A stretch of DNA of 29,505 nucleotides from a virus (taxonomy: Duplodnaviria > Caudoviricetes), in the IMG/VR virus record IMGVR_UViG_3300002091_000087, positions 1 to 29,505 of that record, one strand, 5' to 3'. Shown in pieces: positions 1 through 7,996 of the stretch. Numbering within the stretch: the first letter of the stretch is position 1; each line of letters opens with the position of its first letter. Under the pieces are notes generated by a model. The model was given only the letters and a program-made list of their open reading frames with translations. It was not told where the DNA came from and did no database searches. A program made the translations under genes and the position numbers.

Positions 1-357
1 ACAGCTTTAGGTTATACTCCATATAATTCAAGTAATCCAAATGGTTATATAAATGGTATTACATCTAGCAATGTAACAACAGCTTTAGGTTATACTCCAT
101 ACGATAGTACTAATCCAAATGGTTATATTACTAATGTTGTTACAGCCTTAGGTTATACGCCATATAACAGTACAAATCCTAGTGGTTTTATTTCAAGTAT
201 TACATGTAATAACGTAACAACCGCCTTAGGCTATGTTCCATATAATTCAAGTAATCCAAATGGTTATATAAATGGTATTACATGTAGCAATGTAACAACG
301 GCCTTAGGTTATGTTCCATATAATAGTATTAACCCAAATGGTTACATTACAGGTTAT
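1..357 (+). repeat. Five coding tandem repeats (78/63/78/78/~60 bp) encoding TALGY[T/V]PY..NP.G[Y/F]I
   Basis: Units start at 1, 79, 142, 220 and 298. Units 1 and 4 share a long identical stretch (ccatataattcaagtaatccaaatggttatataaatggtattacat). Confidence 0.9.
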
Positions 358-1140
358 ACCGCTGGTACTAATATTGTAATAAACGGTAATATCATATCTG
401 CTAATGCTTGTGGTAGCTCAGTAACTGTAAGTGGAACTGGTGTTGGTAGTACTGTAAGATGTGCTAATAATAATACAGCTAGTGGTAACTATTCAACTGT
501 AAGTGGTGGTAAAACTAATACAGCTTCAGGTTTATATAGTACTGTTATAGGTGGTAGTGGTAATACTGTATGTTCCATATATGGGTTTGTTGGTGGTGGT
601 CTTGGTAATATAGCACCAGGTGTTTGTGCCGTTGCCGTTGGTGGTAGTGGTAATAAAGCGTCTGGTAGTGGTGCATTTGTTGGTGGTGGTGTTAGTAACT
701 GTGCTACCGCTCACGGTGGTGTATCAGGTGGTCAATCTAATTTTGCAACAGGTACATATGCATCAATTCAGGGTGGTAGTAATAATACAGCATCAGCACT
801 TTATGCATCTATTGTTGGTGGTTTAAAAAATATCATTTGTACTACTGGTACAAATAGTTTTATTGGGTCTGGTTGTTTGAATACTGTATCTGGAACTTAC
901 GCTTTTGCTACTGGTTATGGAAATATTGTATCAAGTAATTTTGCAGGTGCAATAGGTTGTGGTTTAACAGCAAATGTTGCATGTACATTATTTGTAAATA
1001 ATTTATGTAGTACTAATAATATTGCTGCTTCAGCTATAGTCGCATTAAACTTTGCATCTGATTCAGCTGCGGCTACTGGTGGTGTACCAATCGGTGGTTT
1101 TTATCATAATGCTGGTGCTCTTAGAATAAGATTAACTTAA
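1..1140 (+). CDS. 5'-truncated phage fibre/appendage protein (ALGYTP repeats, then GG-x-x-N beta-roll repeats)
   Basis: Frame 1 is open from base 1 to TAA at 1138-1140; the ORF-track 877..1140 call is only its C-terminus. It translates TALGYTPYNSSNPNGYINGITSSNVT x5, then ~14-aa SxVxGGxxN repeats, a CTLFVNNLC neck shared with 15257..19081, and a C-terminal GGVPIGGFYHNAGALRIRLT motif. Confidence 0.8.
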   Translation, partial: TALGYTPYNSSNPNGYINGITSSNVTTALGYTPYDSTNPNGYITNVVTALGYTPYNSTNPSGFISSITCNNVTTALGYVPYNSSNPNGYINGITCSNVTTALGYVPYNSINPNGYITGYTAGTNIVINGNIISANACGSSVTVSGTGVGSTVRCANNNTASGNYSTVSGGKTNTASGLYSTVIGGSGNTVCSIYGFVGGGLGNIAPGVCAVAVGGSGNKASGSGAFVGGGVSNCATAHGGVSGGQSNFATGTYASIQGGSNNTASALYASIVGGLKNIICTTGTNSFIGSGCLNTVSGTYAFATGYGNIVSSNFAGAIGCGLTANVACTLFVNNLCSTNNIAASAIVALNFASDSAAATGGVPIGGFYHNAGALRIRLT

Positions 1141-1141
1141 T

Positions 1142-1513
1142 ATGGAATTTAATATAAATAAAAACTCAACACTTCCTGTTTTAAAGATGGAATTAATTCA
1201 AGACGGTAGAAATGATTTTGAAAGCTTTTTTTTAGCAATTCAGAACGCTAACATATTTTTTAATATGTCCGATGCTATTACAGGTGTTAAAAAAATTGGT
1301 ATGAGGCCAGCAACTTTATCCTTGGTAACACCTGAAAGTTGTGTTGGTGAAGAATATTATTTAACATTCCAATTTACAACACAAGATACAATGAAAGCTG
1401 GTAGATATATTGGTGAATTTGTTATAGAATTTTTAGATGGTACTGGGACCTTAATTGTTCCAATCCGTGAAAATTTATTTATAAATGTACTTGATGCAAG
1501 TTTAAAAAAATAA
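1142..1513 (+). CDS. Hypothetical phage structural protein (possible BppU-N-like Ig fold)
   Basis: 123-aa ORF starting 1 nt after the fibre gene. The beta-rich pattern (FQFTTQDT..AGRYIGEFVIEF..GTLIVP) resembles baseplate upper-protein N-terminal domains. Confidence 0.55.
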   Translation: MEFNINKNSTLPVLKMELIQDGRNDFESFFLAIQNANIFFNMSDAITGVKKIGMRPATLSLVTPESCVGEEYYLTFQFTTQDTMKAGRYIGEFVIEFLDGTGTLIVPIRENLFINVLDASLKK

Positions 1514-1517
1514 TTGA

Positions 1518-2735
1518 ATGAAAGATTTATTAAAAAAATTATTAAGGGAAGCGTTGATATTAAAGAAAGATTCAGCTAAAGGCTCCCTAATTGTGGTTTC
1601 TGATAGTAACGATGCGAAGATTGCGTCACAAGAAACATTTAGAAATAAAGAAATCCTTAAAAAGGACGGTTTCACGTGGAACAATGATTATAAAGCTTGG
1701 ATTACACCAATTAGAAATTATGAAATGGCTAAATCCGTGTTAGATAAAATTAATAACAATAATCAGCTTATTTCTAAGTTTGAAGACCTACAAGAGTTCT
1801 TACAAAAAAGTGAGGATTTTGCTGGGAAGGGTAATCTAATGGATAAAATTACGCTTTACGTTAATGACTTAGCCAATGCAACAGATGAAAAGGTATTATC
1901 AGCTGAAATTAGACGTTATTTAACGTTCTTTGCTAGTTTTAGAGGTCATAGTTTCTATAATACAATGTTGATATTTATTCAAAATCCTAATGCTACTAAG
2001 GTTGCTGGATTTAGACAATGGGAAGAAAAGTATAGTCGAAGAGTTAAGAAGGGTGCTAAAGGAATTATGATTTTTGCACCCATCTTCAATAAATCAGCTA
2101 AACAAGTATCAGGTGATGAAGGTGATGACAGTGGATTGGATAAAGAAGTTAATAAGGGTAACCCATCAACATTTAGACCAGTTTACGTATTTGACATTGC
2201 AGATACTGAACCTATTAATGATAAGGGTATTGTACCAGAACGACCAAAATGGTTTGAAGAATCTGAACCAACTGAAAGAACTCAAGAGTTATATAAATAT
2301 TTAAGTGAAGTTGCTGATGATATGGGTATTAAAATAACCGCTGATAATGCTAGAGGTGGTGAGAAAGGATTTTCCGCTGGTAATCATATCAATATGTCTT
2401 CAAGTATACAAGGAGCTGGTGAAGTGTCAACACTTGTACACGAATTGGCACATGAATTAATGCACTGGAAAGCATCTTCATTATTTTATCAAGGTGATGA
2501 AGTTAGGAGTAATAGGGCTATTTTAGAGTTACAAGCTGAAAGTGTTGCCTATATTGTAATGAAACATTATAACCTACCTGTTGAACATCAACCAGTGTAT
2601 ATCGCTTTATGGAAAGGTAATAAAGAAAAAATATTAGCCAACTTAAAAGTTATCTCAAATGTTGCAAAATTCATCATTGAAGCGATTGATAATGTCGCTA
2701 ATAGAAAAAATGTTGATGAAAATTTGTATCTTTAA
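1518..2735 (+). CDS. ArdC-like ssDNA-binding domain + zincin (HExxH) metallopeptidase-like protein
   Basis: ArdC N-domain motifs HSFYNTMLIFIQNPNATKVAGFRQW..RRVKKGAKGIMIFAP and YVFDIADTE. C-terminal TLVHELAHELMH..ELQAESVAY zincin motif. Confidence 0.8.
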   Translation: MKDLLKKLLREALILKKDSAKGSLIVVSDSNDAKIASQETFRNKEILKKDGFTWNNDYKAWITPIRNYEMAKSVLDKINNNNQLISKFEDLQEFLQKSEDFAGKGNLMDKITLYVNDLANATDEKVLSAEIRRYLTFFASFRGHSFYNTMLIFIQNPNATKVAGFRQWEEKYSRRVKKGAKGIMIFAPIFNKSAKQVSGDEGDDSGLDKEVNKGNPSTFRPVYVFDIADTEPINDKGIVPERPKWFEESEPTERTQELYKYLSEVADDMGIKITADNARGGEKGFSAGNHINMSSSIQGAGEVSTLVHELAHELMHWKASSLFYQGDEVRSNRAILELQAESVAYIVMKHYNLPVEHQPVYIALWKGNKEKILANLKVISNVAKFIIEAIDNVANRKNVDENLYL

Positions 2736-2754
2736 AAAATATTTCGTATATTTG
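2723..2754 (+). promoter_or_regulatory. Bacteroidota sigma-A-type promoter 1 for DNA polymerase
   Basis: TTTG (2723-2726) + 20 nt + TATATTTG (2747-2754) matches the -33/-7 consensus TTTG-N19-21-TAnnTTTG. Confidence 0.7.
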
Positions 2755-2785
2755 TTAAACTTTGAAAAAGTTTAAAAAAATTGAA

Positions 2786-2817
2786 TTTGCTTTTCGTGTT
2801 TTTAAGTCGTATATTTG
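2786..2817 (+). promoter_or_regulatory. Bacteroidota sigma-A-type promoter 2 for DNA polymerase
   Basis: TTTG (2786-2789) + 20 nt + TATATTTG (2810-2817), 19 nt before ATG 2837. Confidence 0.75.
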
Positions 2818-2836
2818 TAAAAATTAGTAGATAAAC

Positions 2837-5800
2837 ATGAGAGTTGAATCAAATCAAATTGAAGACTTCTTATCGGGTACCAATCCCATGAAATATGTTG
2901 TTGGTATTGAAGCAAACTACAATAATCCATTCGTTTACGTCATTATCAATGACCCATTAACAGGTAAACGAACTGAGAAGCATCCTTATCAACCATTTCT
3001 ATGGTTTAAGGAAGATGTAGCCCGAATTCTCTATGGCGGTAATAAACTGAAAGCCATGGAAGCAGCACAAAAATTAGGTATTAAATCAAAACGCTTAACA
3101 ATAAGCGATTCTGATGGAAACATACCAAAAAGACTACAGAATGGGTATAAGTACTTAGCAACATGTAGCAAATCGTATAATGATTTAGTCCGTTATTTTA
3201 AGGATGGTGGTATTGATGTCTTCTCTAAAGATACATCGAAGCTATTCTTTATGTTTAGTCCAGTTGAACAATTTATGATTCAAACTGGTATCCGTATGTT
3301 TAAAGGTATGGATGACTATAATGACATGCATAAATTCCAATTTGACTTGGAGACCGAAGGTTTATCCGCTGAACAACATGGTATATTCCAAATCGGTATG
3401 CGTGATAATCGTGGCTTTGAGTATGTACTTGAAGTTAAAGGCCGAACACCACAAGATAGACGTAACAGTGAGCGTGAAGTTCTAAAGAAATTTTTTAAAG
3501 CTATTGATTATCTAAAGCCTGATATTATTGAAGGTTATAACTCAGAAAGCTTTGACTGGGATTTTATTGTTAAAAGGTGTGAACGTTTATCTATTGATGT
3601 TGAAGATATTGCAATATGTTTAGATGGTGAGTCTAAATTTAGACGTAAACCAGCTATGCTTAAGTTAGGTAATGAAATGGAACCCTATACTCAAACATAT
3701 ATGTTTGGTTATAATATAATTGACATTGCACATTCTGTTAGACGGGCTCAAGCGATTAACTCAGAAATTAAATCTTGGGGTTTGAAATATATAACTAAGT
3801 ACTCTGAGATTGAAAAGAAGAATCGTGTCTATGTTCCAGGTGATAAAATACATACAACTTGGTCCGATACAGTTAACCAATACGCCTTTAATGATGTAAA
3901 CGGTGATTGGTACAAAATATCCGATATAATGCCTTTAAAGGAAGGTTATACAATTGTTAAAGGTGATTATATTGTACAAAGATACTTATTAGATGACTTA
4001 TGGGAAACTGAGCAAGTAGGTACAATATTTAACCAAGCTGCATTCTTAATAGCTAAGTTATTACCAACGACTTATAGCCGTAGTTCAACCATGGGTACTG
4101 CTAGTCAGTGGAAATTAATAATGGCCGCTTGGTCATATCAAAATAATTTAGCTATACCTGAGACTGAACCTAAGCGTGACTTTACTGGTGGTCTTTCAAG
4201 ATTATTAGCGTTAGGTTATGCTAGAAACGTTGTTAAATTGGACTATGCTGCGCTATACCCTAAGGTAGAGTTAACACACGGAATCTTCCCTGATTTGGAT
4301 ATTAGCGGTGTAATGGAAGGGTTATTAACTTATGTTGTTGATACTCGTGATAAATTTAAATTCCTTACTGGTAAACATAAAAAGTTAGTTAAAAAGTTAA
4401 AGGCTGAGATTGAAGAAAATAAGGATACGTATACTAAAGAACAATTAGACGCTTTAGAAAAAGAGCTAACTGAAAATAAGGTATTAGAGAACCTTTACAA
4501 CAAGAAACAGTTACCGCTTAAGATATTAGCTAACTCTTGGTTTGGTGCTTATGGTGCGCCTTATATCTTCAACTGGGGGGCTTCTGATTGTGCTGAGGAA
4601 ACAACATGTCGTGGCCGTCAATATTTAAGACTAATGGTTAAACACTTTAGTTTAAAATATGGCTTCGAACCATTGGTTGGTGATACTGATGGTTTCAACT
4701 TTGCATTTCCAGACGATATTGATAAAATTAAATATACAGCTAAAGGTTCACATTGGAAAACGACTAATTACGCTAATCAAGAATTATCTGGTTTAGAAGC
4801 TGTACTTGCTGAGTTCAATGAGAATTACATGATGGGTCGAATGGGGTTAGATATTGATGATATATGTAATTCAACAATAAACTTCTCAAGAAAGAATTAT
4901 GCAAATGATATAAATGGTAAAGTTAAGCTAGTTGGTAACTCAATTAAGTCTAAAAAGATGCCAGTTTATATTGAAGATTTCTTAAATAAGGGGATTAGAC
5001 AATTGTTGGATGGTAGGGGTTCAGATTTTATACAATCATACTATGAACACGTTGATTTAATTTATAATTACAACATTCCGATTGTTAAAATTGCATCTAA
5101 ATCTAAAGTTAAGTCGTCAATTTCTGAATATAAAAAGAGAATGAATAAAACTAATAAGAAAGGTAATCCAATGCCTAGACAAGCGCATATGGAATTAGCT
5201 ATATTAGGTAACTTAGAGTTAAATCTAGGCGATACTTTATTCTACGTTAATACTGGTACCTCAAAATCACAAGGTGATTTAAAGTCGGTTATAAAAGAAG
5301 GTGTAAAAAAATTAACTAAAGCTGAGGCTACGCAATATATTATTGATAATGGTCATAAGATTAAATATCCTACCGAACTTCAGATTAATTGTGAATTAAT
5401 TGATTCTATGATTGTTGAAACTAACATGGAAATGATTAAAGAAATTGAAGTTTTAAAGAAAATTCTTTCAACTGAAACCGATGCCGAAAAAATTGAGAAT
5501 ATTGAAGCTGAAATAGCTAATATTGAATCTCAACTACATAAAGGTACTTATAATGTTGCGAAATATTTAGAAGCTTTTAATAAGAAAGTTAAACCATTAT
5601 TAGTTTGTTTTAACCCAAATGTTAGAAGTAAGATATTACTAACAATTAAGAAGGATAAGAAAACTAAATTGGAAAGTTTAACTGAAAGGTCATATTTTAC
5701 TGAGATTGATAGCCAATTGGTTTCTGGTATGCCAAATAATCCTGAAGACCAAGATACGTTTGAAGAGTTAATGACAATGGAAGATAAGGAAATAAAATTC

Positions 5801-6505
5801 TGGACTAAAGTTGATAAGATTCCTAATAATATGACTGAGGAAGAGTTTGAGGCGATAAAGGTTGATTATTTTGAACGTAAGAGAATTGAAAAACTTGAAG
5901 GTATTGAACACGAAAAAACTCTATTGGATGATTTCTTTAGACACATTGAATATCCTGAGTTGATTAAATATAAAGAAGGTGAGGATATTCCTTTTGAGAT
6001 GTTTTCATTTGCTGACTTGAATTTTGAAAATGGTGACATTGTTTCAAGAAAGTGGGAAGCTGTACTGGGTAACTTTAGGGATATACTTAAGTATGAAGCT
6101 GAGATAATACAAAGAAATCAATGGTATACCGATAATAACTGTAAAAGGGATGACCGATACGAACAATGGGTTGATTATAGAAATCAACAAGAAGTAATGG
6201 GCGGTGAAAATCAAGGTCAGTTTACATTTGTTGAATCAACATTTGACGTTATTAAATCTGTTAATAAAGTAAGAGAAAAATTAATTGAAAAACAATACTT
6301 GTTATTTGTTGATAATAAATTGAATACCCCTGAAGAGGCTGAAATTGATGAAATTGATAAGGATGAGATTGAAGACGAAGAACCATTTGATGATTTTAGT
6401 CCAGAACTGCAAAAATTTGAATTTAATGTTGAGTTAGATACAATTGATGCAGGTAAGTTCGACTTTGAAGAAAAGGAAGACGAGGATGAGTGGAGTTTAT
6501 TTTAA
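2837..6505 (+). CDS. Family B DNA polymerase with 3'-5' exonuclease
   Basis: Exo motifs DLETEG, GYNSESFDWDFI and YLLDD. Polymerase motifs A DYAALYP, B KILANSWFG and C GDTDG, followed by RKNYA. Long acidic C-terminal tail. Confidence 0.95.
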   Translation: MRVESNQIEDFLSGTNPMKYVVGIEANYNNPFVYVIINDPLTGKRTEKHPYQPFLWFKEDVARILYGGNKLKAMEAAQKLGIKSKRLTISDSDGNIPKRLQNGYKYLATCSKSYNDLVRYFKDGGIDVFSKDTSKLFFMFSPVEQFMIQTGIRMFKGMDDYNDMHKFQFDLETEGLSAEQHGIFQIGMRDNRGFEYVLEVKGRTPQDRRNSEREVLKKFFKAIDYLKPDIIEGYNSESFDWDFIVKRCERLSIDVEDIAICLDGESKFRRKPAMLKLGNEMEPYTQTYMFGYNIIDIAHSVRRAQAINSEIKSWGLKYITKYSEIEKKNRVYVPGDKIHTTWSDTVNQYAFNDVNGDWYKISDIMPLKEGYTIVKGDYIVQRYLLDDLWETEQVGTIFNQAAFLIAKLLPTTYSRSSTMGTASQWKLIMAAWSYQNNLAIPETEPKRDFTGGLSRLLALGYARNVVKLDYAALYPKVELTHGIFPDLDISGVMEGLLTYVVDTRDKFKFLTGKHKKLVKKLKAEIEENKDTYTKEQLDALEKELTENKVLENLYNKKQLPLKILANSWFGAYGAPYIFNWGASDCAEETTCRGRQYLRLMVKHFSLKYGFEPLVGDTDGFNFAFPDDIDKIKYTAKGSHWKTTNYANQELSGLEAVLAEFNENYMMGRMGLDIDDICNSTINFSRKNYANDINGKVKLVGNSIKSKKMPVYIEDFLNKGIRQLLDGRGSDFIQSYYEHVDLIYNYNIPIVKIASKSKVKSSISEYKKRMNKTNKKGNPMPRQAHMELAILGNLELNLGDTLFYVNTGTSKSQGDLKSVIKEGVKKLTKAEATQYIIDNGHKIKYPTELQINCELIDSMIVETNMEMIKEIEVLKKILSTETDAEKIENIEAEIANIESQLHKGTYNVAKYLEAFNKKVKPLLVCFNPNVRSKILLTIKKDKKTKLESLTERSYFTEIDSQLVSGMPNNPEDQDTFEELMTMEDKEIKFWTKVDKIPNNMTEEEFEAIKVDYFERKRIEKLEGIEHEKTLLDDFFRHIEYPELIKYKEGEDIPFEMFSFADLNFENGDIVSRKWEAVLGNFRDILKYEAEIIQRNQWYTDNNCKRDDRYEQWVDYRNQQEVMGGENQGQFTFVESTFDVIKSVNKVREKLIEKQYLLFVDNKLNTPEEAEIDEIDKDEIEDEEPFDDFSPELQKFEFNVELDTIDAGKFDFEEKEDEDEWSLF

Positions 6506-6508
6506 AAT

Positions 6509-6534
6509 AAAAGGGAGCATTTGCTCCCTTTTTT
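6509..6534. terminator. Bidirectional intrinsic terminator between convergent pol and neck genes
   Basis: AAAA-GGGAGC-attt-GCTCCC-TTTTTT: perfect stem with an A-run before and a T-run after. Confidence 0.85.
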
Positions 6535-7690
6535 ATATAACATAAATACCCATTGGTCTATACTTAAGTTGTTTATTTAAATTTTCAGATTCGTTTGCCG
6601 CTCTTTCTAATTGTGATGTACTTGATAGTCTCAGTAATCTAGCGTCTAATCTCTCTAATACTTCCTTTCTTTCCTCATTACCTTCACTTATAAGTGTCTC
6701 ATAGTCCATTGTTCTTTCAGCTTCTGGTGGCCCGATAACGCCGCCATATTTACCTCTTGTTCTACCTAAAGCTCTTTTAGCTTCAGCGATAAATAATTTT
6801 CTTATAAGAATCTTAGTTGGTTCGTTGAAATCAGAGAAATCTAATTTTGCTAACGGAACTTCATTAGGCATTTTAATAATATCTGGATTATCTAATCTAC
6901 ATTTATCAACGTTTGTTGTATCGGTATCGTAGTAATGATACCAAACCTGACACCCAGCGATTGACAATCCGCTTCCTAAACCACCAGCGGCACCAATCCC
7001 AGAACCAAAAGATAATTTAGAACCTGGTGTACTTAATAAGTGTAATAATTTTGTTCCATTAGGACCAGCAGTTATTTTATAAACTAAATCACTTCTAACA
7101 ATTCTATTTTTAAGATTCATATCGGCAGCAGTTAGTAAAATATCGAATGCTGGAGCTATATAATAACCACTACGACCACCGCCACTACCAGCACCTGATG
7201 TACCAAATCCACCACCCATTTGTGCAACACCACCACCAAATCCAGCATCAATACCGCCATAATTTGCCATTAAAGCTTGCGTTGTAGAGTTTGGTGTAAA
7301 CCATAATACCTCATTAATTTCTCTACCAGCAGGTATTTGATAAACTTGACGGCCAGATTCTAAATCAATGAAATCTTTTTTTAATTCCCAAGGTCCATTA
7401 GTTTGTAAACCAACTTGTTTTGAGTATGCATATGTATATTGTGATGTTAAATCGAATGACCTAACACTAAGGGCGAATGCCATATCTGTTGTATCAATAT
7501 TTTTACCTAAAACAGACTGCCATTGGTGTTCGATTAACCATTCTTGAACATACATGCTATAGTCTTCAATAGAAATTTCAAGTAATGTACAAAGTGTTTC
7601 GTCTGTTAGTTCGATTTGACGAGTAGGTGCACCCATTGAGTGTCTAAACTGCTTGAATATTTTGTTACGTTCATCTACGCTTACTGACAT
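6533..7690 (-). CDS. Neck/head-completion protein, T4 gp13-like
   Basis: N-terminal FRHSMGAPTRQIELTDETL resembles the gp13-family LGAP..VEL motif. C-terminal KRALGRTRGKYGG..MDYETLISEG..E and terminal PMGIYV are also gp13-like. Confidence 0.65.
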   Translation of the reverse strand: MSVSVDERNKIFKQFRHSMGAPTRQIELTDETLCTLLEISIEDYSMYVQEWLIEHQWQSVLGKNIDTTDMAFALSVRSFDLTSQYTYAYSKQVGLQTNGPWELKKDFIDLESGRQVYQIPAGREINEVLWFTPNSTTQALMANYGGIDAGFGGGVAQMGGGFGTSGAGSGGGRSGYYIAPAFDILLTAADMNLKNRIVRSDLVYKITAGPNGTKLLHLLSTPGSKLSFGSGIGAAGGLGSGLSIAGCQVWYHYYDTDTTNVDKCRLDNPDIIKMPNEVPLAKLDFSDFNEPTKILIRKLFIAEAKRALGRTRGKYGGVIGPPEAERTMDYETLISEGNEERKEVLERLDARLLRLSSTSQLERAANESENLNKQLKYRPMGIYVI

Positions 7691-7705
7691 AATCTTTTAT
7701 TTACT

Positions 7706-7713
7706 TATAAATA
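7706..7713 (-). promoter_or_regulatory. Putative late-promoter motif TATTTATA upstream of neck gene
   Basis: TATTTATA on the minus strand, 15 nt upstream of ATG 7690. The same motif precedes other structural genes. Confidence 0.5.
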
Positions 7714-7728
7714 TACAAATAACTAAGA

Positions 7729-7983
7729 TTATACTAAAAATTGTTTAGTTAACTGGAAACACTCGTTTAAACTCTTGAATGAAATATTGGGTACTAACAA
7801 TTGGTTTCCGACCCTAACCATTGGAACGTCATTACATTTGGATACCTCGTAGATTTTATCAAATTCCACTTGATTTTCATCTTTGTTCACATCAACCTCA
7901 GTATATTCAATACCTTCATTAGTTAAAAGGTTTTTAAGCTCCCTACAGTAAGGGCAATTTTCGATAGTATAAATTTTAACCAT
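7729..7983 (-). CDS. Glutaredoxin (NrdH/Grx-like)
   Basis: 84 aa with IYT..NCPYC active site, GIEYTEVDV and cis-Pro VP motif. Confidence 0.9.
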   Translation of the reverse strand: MVKIYTIENCPYCRELKNLLTNEGIEYTEVDVNKDENQVEFDKIYEVSKCNDVPMVRVGNQLLVPNISFKSLNECFQLTKQFLV

Positions 7984-7996
7984 AATTATTTTTATA

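Noticed and set aside
1-357. 78-bp repeats as CRISPR or iterons
   Set aside because: They are protein-coding repeats with synonymous variation in an open frame.
532-826. ORFs 532..714(-) and 620..826(+)
   Set aside because: Shadow frames of the GGT-rich fibre gene.
2837-6505. Intein or intron explaining the large polymerase
   Set aside because: Catalytic motifs are normally spaced and I saw no intein splice or LAGLIDADG motifs. The extra length is in N- and C-terminal extensions.
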